DNA of 64,000 nucleotides from Candidatus Poriferisodalis sp. (GCF_965203655.1 NZ_CBDBDD010000007.1:7348-71347), one strand, 5' to 3'; shown: positions 11,990 through 20,935, counted from the first letter of the stretch. Numbers and translations: made by a program. The notes: generated by a model not told the origin, from the letters alone.

Positions 11990-13420
11990 GTGCACGTACG
12001 ACGGACTCGCCGCCGGCCGCTTGCGCGTCTCGCAGCAGGAGTGCTGCTGCTGGTGGCCTTTGGAGGCCTCGTTGCGGGGCCTGCGTCGGCTCACGACGAA
12101 CCGGGCGCCCACGACGGCGAGACCGAGACTCCCGCGCCCGCCGGCGACGGCTCTCCCCGCCTGATCGTGGTGGTGGAGGTCAACGGGCTCATCGATCCGA
12201 TCATGTCGTCGTACATCCGGCGGCAGATCACCATCGCCGAGGGACGGCACGCCATCGGTGTGGTGCTGCACATGGACAGCGCAGGCACCACGCTCGACGA
12301 CGAAGCGCTCGTGAATCTGCTCGACAACGTGCGGCTCGCGCACGTGCCGGTGGGGGTCTGGGTCGGCCCGAGCGGTGCGCAAGCGCTCGGCGGCGCAGCT
12401 CACCTCGTCACCACGGCCGACTTCGCGGCGATCGCGCCGGGCGGCCGCATTGGCGACTTCACCGCGGTGCAGGGTCTCACTCATGCTCATGGTTCTCCGT
12501 TCACTTCGGAAAAGGTGCATCGTCACGACGACGACGGCCTGCACTCGGGTCCGAGCGTCCGCTACTTCAGTGCGGATGTCGCGATGGGCGCGGGTTTGAC
12601 ACACAGCACGGCGCCCACGATCGGCGAGTTCATCTTCGCCCTGTCTGACGACGGTTACCTGCCGCCGATCACGCAGGAGGTCACCGGCGACGACGGTGTG
12701 GTGCGGCGCGCTCCGGCTCCCGACGTCGTCGTGTCGTTTGTGAGCTTGCCGCTGATCGACGGCCTGTTCCACACGGCTGCGAGCCCGGCGATCACCTACC
12801 TGCTGCTGCTCGCAGCGCTGTCGATGCTGCTGCTCGACTTCTACACGGGCGGCATCGGCGTCGCGGCGGCGGTCGGGGCGGTGTGCGGGCTCCTGGCGGC
12901 GTTTGGCCTCGGGACGCTCGACATCCGCCCGTGGGCGCTGGTGCTGGTCGTCGTGGCGTTTGTGGCGTTTGCCATCGACATCCAGGCGGGCGTGCCGCGC
13001 TTCTGGACGGCCGTCGGGGGCGTCTTGGCGCTGGTCGGCTCGTTGGGGCTGTTCGGCCAGCACTCGATGAGCTGGATCCCGCTGCTCGTCGGTCTTGTCG
13101 GGGTGGGAGTGTTTGTGCTGTCAGGCATGCCGGCGCTGGTGCGGACCCGCTACGGCACCGCCACCGTCGGCCGCGAGTGGATGATCGGAGCCGACGGAAC
13201 GGCGGTGACTGATATCGATCCCGATGGCACGGTCGAGGTGCACGGCGCCCGGTGGCGTGCCCGGGTCAACCGGCTGACTCCGCTGGAGGCGGGGGAACCG
13301 CTGCGTGTCAGCGGGTTGAGCGGGGTCGTGCTCGAGGTGGAGCCGCTCGAGGGAGCCGCAGTGGACTATCGAGAGATGCGCCGAAAACGGGGTGAATCGA
13401 CGGTTTCCGAAACCGAATGA
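11990..13420 (+). CDS. NfeD-family membrane-bound serine protease (ClpP-class) with C-terminal OB domain
   Basis: Signal peptide, a ClpP-like N-terminal domain (VEVNGLIDPIMSSYIRR), multi-TM middle region, and VEVHGARWRARV NfeD C-terminus. Confidence 0.8.
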   Translation: MHVRRTRRRPLARLAAGVLLLVAFGGLVAGPASAHDEPGAHDGETETPAPAGDGSPRLIVVVEVNGLIDPIMSSYIRRQITIAEGRHAIGVVLHMDSAGTTLDDEALVNLLDNVRLAHVPVGVWVGPSGAQALGGAAHLVTTADFAAIAPGGRIGDFTAVQGLTHAHGSPFTSEKVHRHDDDGLHSGPSVRYFSADVAMGAGLTHSTAPTIGEFIFALSDDGYLPPITQEVTGDDGVVRRAPAPDVVVSFVSLPLIDGLFHTAASPAITYLLLLAALSMLLLDFYTGGIGVAAAVGAVCGLLAAFGLGTLDIRPWALVLVVVAFVAFAIDIQAGVPRFWTAVGGVLALVGSLGLFGQHSMSWIPLLVGLVGVGVFVLSGMPALVRTRYGTATVGREWMIGADGTAVTDIDPDGTVEVHGARWRARVNRLTPLEAGEPLRVSGLSGVVLEVEPLEGAAVDYREMRRKRGESTVSETE

Positions 13421-13435
13421 GATTTCGTTTAACTC

Positions 13436-13464
13436 TTGTCAAGCGCTTTTCTGTCCTCTAGTGT
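13436..13464 (+). promoter_or_regulatory. Candidate promoter of whiB (TTGTCA-17 nt-TAGTGT)
   Basis: The -35-like TTGTCA (13436-13441) and TANNNT-type -10 TAGTGT (13459-13464) sit in an AT-enriched spacer 22 nt upstream of the ATG. Confidence 0.3.
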
Positions 13465-13485
13465 CCCCCCCGACAAGGGGGACAT

Positions 13486-13752
13486 ATGAGCGCTTTGCTG
13501 GTCGATGAGTGGCAGGACAAGGCAGCTTGTCGAGGACCTCAGGCGGCGGTTTTCTTCCCGCCACCCCGCACCGAGCGGCGCGATGAAAAGGCTGAGCGCG
13601 AGGCTCGGGCCAAGTCCATCTGCGGCCAGTGCTCGGTGGTGACCGACTGTCTGGAACATGCGCTGGACGTCGGTGAGGCCCACGGCATCTGGGGCGGTCG
13701 CAACGAGATCGAGCGCCGCAACATGCTGCTCCTGCGCACCAACGGCATCTAG
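13486..13752 (+). CDS. WhiB-family Fe-S transcription factor
   Basis: Four Cys (AACRG...CGQCSVVTDC) and GIWGG. Confidence 0.9.
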   Translation: MSALLVDEWQDKAACRGPQAAVFFPPPRTERRDEKAEREARAKSICGQCSVVTDCLEHALDVGEAHGIWGGRNEIERRNMLLLRTNGI

Positions 13753-13830
13753 CAACACCCCGCGTCCCGACGGGCGCGGCACACCGACCAGTTCACGGCT
13801 GCACGCGGCGCTCTCCCGCTCAACAATCGT

Positions 13831-15666
13831 TTATTCAGATGCCTGGGGCATTCGCGGCCCGGCGATGCGCAGGTCCCCCCGCCGGCGCGTCACGCCCGTC
13901 CGGTCCAGGTAGCCCACCAGCGGCAGCGCGTACTTGCGGGTCGTGCCGAGTGCTTCGCGGATCTCTGCCACGGTGACGCCGTCAGGCTGACCGGCCAGCA
14001 GTGCCGCAATCTGCTCCGCTGCGCCCTCGACTGCCGCAGCGGCGAACCAGATGCCGTCTGCGTGAATCAAGTCTCCCCGGCGGGCCAGCGCCAGCAGTTC
14101 TTGCTGGGTGACACCGCTCGGCTCAGGCGGCGAGAACGGAGACGCTGCGAGCGCTGCGATGACGGGATGGTCGGCCAGGACATCAGCAGCATCGGCCTGC
14201 CGGGCACGACCGGCATCGACCGCGATCCCGTCCAGCGTCTCGATCGCCAGTCGCTGGCGTTCGTCCAGCCCGGCCATGTCCAACCCCAGCGGTCCGGCGC
14301 CTGCGACCTGTTCTCGCAGCTCGTCGAGCAAGGCGTCCACGAGTTCGGGCGGTGCAACCCAGTCGCCCAAGACGGGCTCGAAGCGCTGCCCGGTGAGGCG
14401 CTCGAGCTGTGTCGTCTTCGCCCAGCCGCGCTCGGCGAGCATGCGTTCGGGACGGGCGTCTGGCTTGGCGACCGAGGCTCGCAGCTGCGGATCGGGGTCG
14501 AGCACGGTGCCGCCGCCGATGGTTTGGCCCCGGCCGAAGTCCCGCAGCACGAAGCGGTCTCCCAGCACGAGCGGCAGCGCGACCGGCAGGTGCAGCCGGG
14601 CGTATCCGGTCTCGCCGGGGGCGATGCGCTCAGGACCGAGCACGCGCAGACGCACCGGCCATTCGCCCGACCCGAGGTACAGGGCGTAGGCGCCCCGCCG
14701 GGTCACATCGCTGCCGAGGCTGTCGAGCACGGTCAGCTCCACATCCACGCTGCGGGTGTGATGCCACTGGTCGGATCGCACGAGCGCGATGCCGCGTCCC
14801 AGGTCGTCGGCGTCGACGCCGGTGAGATTGAGCGCGACACGATGTCCCGGACCGATGCGCTCAACGGCCGTGCTCTGGGTCTGGATCGCCCGCACCCGCG
14901 CCGCCCGGCCGCCGGGCGCCGTGCGCAGCGCGTCGCCGGCCGAGATGCTGCCGCCCGCGAGCGTGCCGGTCACGATCCGCCCCGCCCCGGTCGCGGCGAA
15001 TGACCGGTCGATCCACAGGCGGGGCCGGTCGCGGTCGGCTGCGGTGGGCGTGGCAGCGCACAGGTCGTCGAGCGCGCCGCGCAGCTCGTCCAGCCCGGTG
15101 CCGTCGATGGCATCTGTTGCGACCACCGGTGCGTCAGCCAGGAACGTGCCCTCGACGTGGTCGGCGATGTCGAGACGGGCCAGTTCGGCGAGTTCGTCGT
15201 CGACCAAGCCGATCTGGCTGAGCACCACGACGCCGTGGGAGATGCCGAGCAGTTCCAGGATCGCCAGGTGCTCGGCCGACTGCGGTTTCCAGCCTTCCGG
15301 CGCTGCCACCACGAACAGGGAGGCGTCCACCGCTCCCACGCCGGCCAGCATGTTCTTCACGAAGCGGATGTGCCCGGGCACGTCCACGAAGCTGACCTGC
15401 CGGCCCGACGGCAGCGTGCAGAACGCGAAGCCGAGGTCGATGGTGAGCCCGCGCTCCTTCTCCTCGGCCAGCCGGTCAGGGTCGGTGCCGGTGAGGGCGC
15501 GCACCAGCGTCGACTTGCCGTGGTCCACGTGACCTGCGGTGCCGACGATGTGCACGCCGCCAGCTTGCCCCGCCCGGACGACGAGCGTGCGCGGACCGGC
15601 GCCTGTTCGTCGCGCCGCCATTACTTCCCGCTCTTGTTCGCTGCGCTCACGGGCCGCTCGGGCCAC
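13831..15666 (-). CDS. selB: Selenocysteine-specific elongation factor
   Basis: IVGTAGHVDHGKSTL and DVPGH GTPase motifs, with long C-terminal winged-helix region. Start is uncertain (GTG 15666, ATG 15621 or GTG 15555). Confidence 0.85.
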   Translation of the reverse strand: MARAARERSEQEREVMAARRTGAGPRTLVVRAGQAGGVHIVGTAGHVDHGKSTLVRALTGTDPDRLAEEKERGLTIDLGFAFCTLPSGRQVSFVDVPGHIRFVKNMLAGVGAVDASLFVVAAPEGWKPQSAEHLAILELLGISHGVVVLSQIGLVDDELAELARLDIADHVEGTFLADAPVVATDAIDGTGLDELRGALDDLCAATPTAADRDRPRLWIDRSFAATGAGRIVTGTLAGGSISAGDALRTAPGGRAARVRAIQTQSTAVERIGPGHRVALNLTGVDADDLGRGIALVRSDQWHHTRSVDVELTVLDSLGSDVTRRGAYALYLGSGEWPVRLRVLGPERIAPGETGYARLHLPVALPLVLGDRFVLRDFGRGQTIGGGTVLDPDPQLRASVAKPDARPERMLAERGWAKTTQLERLTGQRFEPVLGDWVAPPELVDALLDELREQVAGAGPLGLDMAGLDERQRLAIETLDGIAVDAGRARQADAADVLADHPVIAALAASPFSPPEPSGVTQQELLALARRGDLIHADGIWFAAAAVEGAAEQIAALLAGQPDGVTVAEIREALGTTRKYALPLVGYLDRTGVTRRRGDLRIAGPRMPQASE

Positions 15667-15767
15667 GGCTTCGCCATCCGGCTCAGCCTCTGGGTGTCGA
15701 ACCGCCCGACCGTCACCTCGGCAGCAAAATCGACTTGTGTATCCTGCCGGTGCGGCCGTAAGGTCGC

Positions 15768-15839
15768 TGGTGGAGCTAGACGGAATCGAACCGTCCGAGG
15801 CCAGGTTTCAGGTCGGCTCGCCGCACCAGCGGTAGCCCC
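15768..15839 (-). ncRNA. 72-nt tRNA-like element with encoded CCA and non-canonical D and anticodon arms
   Basis: Acceptor GGGGCUA/UAGCUCC (7 bp including one G-U), perfect T arm GACGG-UUCGAUU-CCGUC, discriminator A plus CCA. D arm is only 4 bp with a 5-nt loop. The anticodon arm has an 8-nt loop CCUGAAAC with an A-C closing mismatch. Confidence 0.4.
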
Positions 15840-15840
15840 A

Positions 15841-15872
15841 CGAGAGCCGCACTCTTCGGGGTGCGGCTCTCG
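15841..15872. other. 14-bp perfect/GU hairpin abutting the tRNA-like element
   Basis: CGAGAGCCGCAC(TC-TTCG-GG)GTGCGGCTCTCG. The loop reads C(UUCG)G on the + strand and C(CGAA)G on the sel-gene strand. Confidence 0.5.
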
Positions 15873-15967
15873 TCATGCTGGCAGACAGAACGCCAGCAAC
15901 TTCTGTGAATGTCTGATCTCACGCAGGCGCGCGTCGATGCAGCCTGCGGGTCAGAAGCCGTAGGGCT

Positions 15968-17251
15968 CTACTGCTGGCTGAGCGCGTGGCGGACGGCAGC
16001 CGCCACGACGGTGTCGTCGGCGGGGTCAACCGTGCGCAGGTCGAGCACGGTGGTCTGCTCGTTGACACGAGCGATCACCGGCGGATCGAACGCTCGCAGC
16101 GCAGCCGCGTAGTCGCCGTCGAGCTCGATGCCGGCTGACGGGATCTCCTGGCCGGGCAGCGACCCGGCACCGGCCAGTGCCGTCGTTTGCGACGGTCGGC
16201 CCACGCCGAGCGCCTCGGCTCGCTGGGCCAGCTCCTCGACCGGCACCCGGGCCATGCGCCAGAACGGGATCGCGTCAGCATCGCGGCGCAGGTAGGCCAG
16301 TGCCACCGATTGCAGCGCGTCCAGCACCAGCGATCCGGGCCGGAAGGCCCGCATCAGCGGGTGCGCCGCGCAGGCTGCGATCAGGTCGGCCCGGCCGCAG
16401 ATGATCCCGGCCTGAGGCCCGCCCATGAGCTTGTCGCCCGAGAACGTCACCAGCGCCGCGCCCGCTGCCAGTGTCTGGCGGGCACCCGGCTCACCGGCCA
16501 GCCAGTCGGGGCGCTGCCCCAGCCAATCGCAGCGTTCATCCAGCAGGCCCGAGCCCAGGTCGGACACCACCGGCGGCCCGATCTCCGCGAGGTCCGCCAC
16601 GTCGGCTTCCTCGGTGAAGCCGGTGATGCGGTAGTTGGACGGGTGCACCTTCAGCAGCAGTGCCACGTCGTCCCGCTCGGCGGCGGCTTGGTAGTCGGCG
16701 GCACGGGTGCGGTTGGTGGTGCCCACCTCCACGAGCCGTGCGCCTGACTGCTCCATCACCTCGGGCACCCGGAAGCCGCCGCCGATCTCCACGAGCTCGC
16801 CGCGCGACACGGTCACGCCGCGGTCACGGGCCAGGGCCGCCAGCACGAGCGTCACTGCGGCAGCGCAGTTGTTGACCACGAGCGCCGCCTCGGCCCCCGT
16901 CAGCGTTGCCAGCAGCAGTGACGCGTGCGTCGTACGCGAGCCGCGCCGACCCGATGCCAAGTCGAACTCCAGGTTGCTGAACCGCACCGGGCTGCTATCA
17001 GCCTCCGAACTGGACAGCGATCGACTGTGTTGATTCCCGAGCGGAGCGCGGCCGAGATTCGTGTGCAGCAAGACGCCGGTCGCGTTGACCGCAGGCCCCA
17101 GCAGGCTGCGGCGAAGCCGGTGCGCTTCGTCGACCGCCGAGTCGGGGTCGCCGGCGGCGATGGCCGTCCGGGCCGCGATGACCAGCAGCGGGTGCGGCAG
17201 GCCCACGTCCGCAATCCGCAACGCCAGATCGTTCACCGACGGCGGCCTCAT
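15968..17251 (-). CDS. selA: L-seryl-tRNA(Sec) selenium transferase
   Basis: FSGDKLMGGPQAGII (PLP-lysine motif) and NNCAAAV. Confidence 0.9.
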   Translation of the reverse strand: MRPPSVNDLALRIADVGLPHPLLVIAARTAIAAGDPDSAVDEAHRLRRSLLGPAVNATGVLLHTNLGRAPLGNQHSRSLSSSEADSSPVRFSNLEFDLASGRRGSRTTHASLLLATLTGAEAALVVNNCAAAVTLVLAALARDRGVTVSRGELVEIGGGFRVPEVMEQSGARLVEVGTTNRTRAADYQAAAERDDVALLLKVHPSNYRITGFTEEADVADLAEIGPPVVSDLGSGLLDERCDWLGQRPDWLAGEPGARQTLAAGAALVTFSGDKLMGGPQAGIICGRADLIAACAAHPLMRAFRPGSLVLDALQSVALAYLRRDADAIPFWRMARVPVEELAQRAEALGVGRPSQTTALAGAGSLPGQEIPSAGIELDGDYAAALRAFDPPVIARVNEQTTVLDLRTVDPADDTVVAAAVRHALSQQ

Positions 17252-17265
17252 CGCCCCGACTCGCT

Positions 17266-18459
17266 TCAGCCGCGGCGAGCGCTCAGCGTGACGGGGATGG
17301 GCCCGTCCATGCGAGCGGTGCAGGTGCCCATGTCCACCGGCGGGCAGATCTCGGTCACCAGCCGCTCGGTGATCGCCTCGAACACGCCCGCCGCCAGCCC
17401 GCCTGGCCCATTGCCAGTCACCGGCTCGCCGGAGTCGCCGCCAGCAGACACGGCCGGCTCCAGCGGGATCGAGCCCAGCAGCGGCACGCCCAGATCGGCC
17501 GCCAGGCGCTCGCCGCCGCCCTCGCCGAAGAACGACCAGCGCTGTCCGTCGGGTGCGGTGAACGCACCCATGTTCTCCACCACGCCCACGATCGGCATGT
17601 GGCTGCGACGGGCCATGTCGGCCACGCGCACCGCCACCTTCTGTGCGCTCAGCGCAGGCGTGGTCACCACCAGCATCTCGGCTTGGGGCAGCAGGCGGGC
17701 GAGCGCCATCTGCACATCGCCGGTGCCGGGCGGCATGTCGATGAGCAGGTAGTCCAGCTCACCCCAGTCCACGTCGTGCAGGAACTGCTCCACGGCCTTG
17801 GCGAGCATAAGACCCCGCCACATCAGGGCGGTTTCCTCGGTTTCCACCAGCAGCCCGGTCGAGACCACCTTCAGCAGGCCCTCGCCGGCAGGGCGTTCGT
17901 CGGGCACGATCTTGCCCCGCTCCTCGCCGTCGGCCGGGGGGCGGGCGCCGAGGCGGCCTTCCATGCCGAGCATCCGGGGGATGCTGAACCCCCAGATGTC
18001 TGCGTCCAGCACGCCCACGATGAAGCCGCGTGCGGCCAGCGCTGCAGCCAGGTTCACCGTCACCGACGACTTGCCCACGCCGCCCTTGCCGGACGCCACG
18101 GCCAGCACCCGTGTGCTGGCGTGCACCTGCGTCGGCGCGGCGTTGTCGCGCGCGGTGCGCCGGGCTCGTTCCATCACCCGGGCCTTCTCGGCGGCGTTCA
18201 GCTCGTCCCAGTGCAGCCGTACGTTCTCGATGCCTGCCAGCCCGGCCACCCGCGTCTCGCAGTCTCGCTTGATGGTGGCGCGCAGCGGGCAGCCGGCGGT
18301 GGTCAATGCCACGGTCACGTGCCCGGTGGTGCCTTCGCGGTAGGCGTTGCGCACCATGCCCAGGTCGACGATGTTGTCGCCCAGCTCGGGGTCCATGACG
18401 CCCCGCAGGATGGCGATCATCGCCTCGTCATTCGCCGGAGCATCGGTGGGCGCGCTCAC
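17266..18459 (-). CDS. Mrp/ApbC-family Fe-S cluster carrier ATPase with N-terminal DUF59-like domain
   Basis: ILRGVMDPELGDNIVDLGMV, VASGKGGVGKSSVT and a CxxC-type C-terminus. GTG 18459 was chosen as start (ATG 18420 or 18588 are possible). The 585-aa ORF overlaps the divergent erpA-like gene. Confidence 0.85.
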   Translation of the reverse strand: MSAPTDAPANDEAMIAILRGVMDPELGDNIVDLGMVRNAYREGTTGHVTVALTTAGCPLRATIKRDCETRVAGLAGIENVRLHWDELNAAEKARVMERARRTARDNAAPTQVHASTRVLAVASGKGGVGKSSVTVNLAAALAARGFIVGVLDADIWGFSIPRMLGMEGRLGARPPADGEERGKIVPDERPAGEGLLKVVSTGLLVETEETALMWRGLMLAKAVEQFLHDVDWGELDYLLIDMPPGTGDVQMALARLLPQAEMLVVTTPALSAQKVAVRVADMARRSHMPIVGVVENMGAFTAPDGQRWSFFGEGGGERLAADLGVPLLGSIPLEPAVSAGGDSGEPVTGNGPGGLAAGVFEAITERLVTEICPPVDMGTCTARMDGPIPVTLSARRG

Positions 18460-18636
18460 GGAGCGCAGGGTAATGGCGCTGCGTGCAGGCCCACGAGTCG
18501 GTGCATCCGGTGGCCCCGCGGCCGGGCCCGCCGGGCAGCATCTGCGCACGGCGCTCGCCGGTGCAATGGGGCCAGATGGCACTAGCATCGGTCTCAGAAC
18601 GTTTGCCCCTGTGGGGCTGATTCGGGAGTCGCTGTT

Positions 18637-18972
18637 GTGATCACCCTGACCGATACCGCCGCTGAGAAGGTCCAGGAACTCATCACCCAGGAGTTGTCCG
18701 AGGCCGGTGGCGAGACCGAGTTGGCGCTGCGCGTCGCCGTCCGGCCGGGCGGCTGCTCGGGCTTCAGCTACGAGATGTTCTTCGACTCCGAGGTCGCCAA
18801 CGACGACATGTCGCACGCGTATGGCGACATCAAGGTGGTGTCCGATCCAATGAGCGCCCAGTTGCTCGAAGGTGCCACGCTTGACTTCACCGACGGCTTG
18901 ATGGGCTCGGGCTTCGCGATCGACAACCCGAACGCGCAGCGCACCTGCGGCTGCGGCAACTCGTTCAGCTGA
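18637..18972 (+). CDS. HesB/IscA/ErpA-family iron-sulfur cluster insertion protein
   Basis: RPGGCSGFSY and C-terminal CGCGNSF. Confidence 0.85.
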   Translation: MITLTDTAAEKVQELITQELSEAGGETELALRVAVRPGGCSGFSYEMFFDSEVANDDMSHAYGDIKVVSDPMSAQLLEGATLDFTDGLMGSGFAIDNPNAQRTCGCGNSFS

Positions 18973-19106
18973 GCCGCCCCGAGTCCAAGCCAGTACTGCC
19001 CGAGCCTGAGCCGGCCCGGGCATCGGCGCTCACCGGCGACACACTCCAGTTCACCGTCGACGGCCGCGCCGTCGAGGTTCCCGACAACGGCGACACCCTG
19101 CTCGGC

Positions 19107-20702
19107 GTGCTGCGCGACCGCCTCGGCATCGAAGCGGTGCTCGACGGCTGCAGCCCGCAGGGCCAGTGTGGCTGCTGCACCGTGCTGGTCGACGACGCAC
19201 CCCGCGTGGCCTGCGTCACCCCTGCCCGCCGGGTGGCCGGACGCCACGTCACCACTGCCGCCGGCCTGAGTGCCGCAGAGCAACAGCGATGGTCTGACGC
19301 ATTCCTCGCCTGCGGCGCAACCCAATGCGGCTTCTGCACCCCAGGCATCGTCTGCCGGTTCGTAGGCCACGAACGCCGCGGCGCCGACCTCTCCGATCGC
19401 ACCACGGTCGACAAAGCCCTGGCCGCGCACCTCTGCCGCTGCACCGGCTGGCAGACCATCCGAGAAGCAGCGGCGCACGCCGCCGCGCTGTCGCCCCAAG
19501 CTTCAGTGCGCGATCCCGCGGCCACTGCCGCCGCTCCGCCCGTGCGCGATGCCGCTGCCCCCGTCGCCGCACCCCGGTCTGCGGATGCGACGGACCGCGA
19601 TCCCGACGCAGCAGCCCGCCGCGCGTCGATCGAGACCGGCGGCCCCCAGCGGTCGGTGCCCGGCAGCGTCCTCGGCGGGTTCGACTTCGGTGCCGACGGC
19701 GCACCGCCAGGCACGCTCACCGCCATCGCCGGCCCGACTGGCGATTGGCACACAGCCGAGAGCCTGACCGAAGCCCGCCGCCAAGCCGGCAAAGTGCAAG
19801 GCCGCCGAACCACCCTCGAACCCACCCCACCCATCGAGATCCCCGAGCCCCCGCCCGGCACCGAATGGGCCGTCCAGCTCGCCACCTGCTGGACCGAACC
19901 CGCCTACCTAGAAACCGACGCCGCCTGGTGCGAACCCGGCGGCAACCCGTCCGATCCCTTGGCAAACGGCGGAGCCTTCGGCGGCAAAGCCACATCACCA
20001 GTCCGCGACGAGGCACGGCAGCTCGCCGCCGACCTCGACCAACCAGTCCGTGTCCTCTGGTCAAGAGAAGACACCGTCCGCCGCGGCCCCAAGCGCCCAC
20101 CCCTAGCAGCAGGCCTGCGCACCGACGGCACCGGCATCATCCGAATAGCCCGCACCCCCGGCGCAGCCCAACTCCTCCATTCGGTACTGCCCCAAGCCAA
20201 GATCGAGGAAGTCGACATCCCGGGCCCCCCAACGTCGACCCAGCTGCGCGCCGCGGTCTGGGCCGAAGCCCAGATGCTGGCCGCAGCCCTGCAGTGCCTG
20301 CAAGCCGGCAATCCGCCAAGAGCCACCACGGCCACCGTCGAGGTCACGTCACCCGAAGGCGCCAAAGCAAGCGCCACAGTCAGCCCAGACGGCATCGAAG
20401 TGCACATCGAAGCCGGCAAGCCCCTCGACGAGATCACATTGCGCAGCTACGCAATAGGCGCCACCCACATGGCCTGGAGCTGGGTCACCTCCGAGTCACT
20501 CACAGTCGACCCCAAACGCGAAGTCCAAGACCTCACGATCCGCAGCTTCGGAATAGCCCGCTCAGCCAACACCCCCCACATCAACGTGTCGATCGAGTCC
20601 TCGCAAAGGCCACCAGTCGCCGCAGGCAACGCCGCATTCGCAGCAGTAGCAGCAGCCACCTGGCTAACCCGCGGAGCTCCACCCCACCTCCCCACCGACT
20701 AG
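19107..20702 (+). CDS. [2Fe-2S] (CoxS/XdhC-type small-subunit) domain fused to a shortened molybdo-hydroxylase-like domain; the true start is probably upstream
   Basis: GCSPQGQCGCCTV, CGATQCGFCTPG and LCRCTGW cluster motifs, with a later GGAFGGK motif. The conserved N-terminal strand is encoded in frame upstream of the first canonical start. Confidence 0.7.
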   Translation: MLRDRLGIEAVLDGCSPQGQCGCCTVLVDDAPRVACVTPARRVAGRHVTTAAGLSAAEQQRWSDAFLACGATQCGFCTPGIVCRFVGHERRGADLSDRTTVDKALAAHLCRCTGWQTIREAAAHAAALSPQASVRDPAATAAAPPVRDAAAPVAAPRSADATDRDPDAAARRASIETGGPQRSVPGSVLGGFDFGADGAPPGTLTAIAGPTGDWHTAESLTEARRQAGKVQGRRTTLEPTPPIEIPEPPPGTEWAVQLATCWTEPAYLETDAAWCEPGGNPSDPLANGGAFGGKATSPVRDEARQLAADLDQPVRVLWSREDTVRRGPKRPPLAAGLRTDGTGIIRIARTPGAAQLLHSVLPQAKIEEVDIPGPPTSTQLRAAVWAEAQMLAAALQCLQAGNPPRATTATVEVTSPEGAKASATVSPDGIEVHIEAGKPLDEITLRSYAIGATHMAWSWVTSESLTVDPKREVQDLTIRSFGIARSANTPHINVSIESSQRPPVAAGNAAFAAVAAATWLTRGAPPHLPTD

Positions 20703-20728
20703 CGGCACGCAAGCAGCACAGCGCAAGA

Positions 20729-20900
20729 GGCATGGGACGGGGCGGCGTGCCCGCGCGCAGTTATGAAGCGCCCCCAAGCCACGCCCAGCAAGCGCAGAAG
20801 GCGCTTCATCTGTTTGAAGCACGGGTGCGCTGCCCCGTCCCATGCCGCCCGACGACTTGAGCAAAGCAAGGAAGCCCCACCCCGTCCCATGCCGCCCGAC
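20729..20900. repeat. Composite intergenic inverted and direct repeat element
   Basis: Perfect 15-bp inverted repeat (IR) GGCATGGGACGGGGC (20729-20743) / 20832-20846. Nested 10-bp IR ATGAAGCGCC (20763-20772) / 20800-20809. Perfect 21-bp direct repeat CCCCGTCCCATGCCGCCCGAC at 20833-20853 and 20880-20900. Confidence 0.7.
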
Positions 20901-20935
20901 CAAGAAGCGACTGCGAGCGCTAGCGTCAGCCAGCG

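Noticed and set aside
13462-13484. 8-bp hairpin (TGTCCCCC...GGGGGACA) sequestering the whiB RBS as an RNA thermometer or riboswitch
   Set aside because: The best promoter candidate (-10 at 13459-13464) would start transcription inside the hairpin, so the 5-prime arm would not be in the mRNA. There is not enough evidence either way.
15768-15839. Calling the selA-selB tRNA-like element selC (tRNA-Sec)
   Set aside because: It has no UCA anticodon and no long variable arm, is only 72 nt, and has a 7-bp acceptor. A bona fide tRNA-Sec is present at 28364-28459. It is kept as an unexplained tRNA-like element.
18460-19023. N-terminal extension of the Mrp/ApbC ORF (585 aa version)
   Set aside because: The extension overlaps the divergent ErpA/HesB gene and has junk-like composition. 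The DUF59-type N-terminus begins near 18459.
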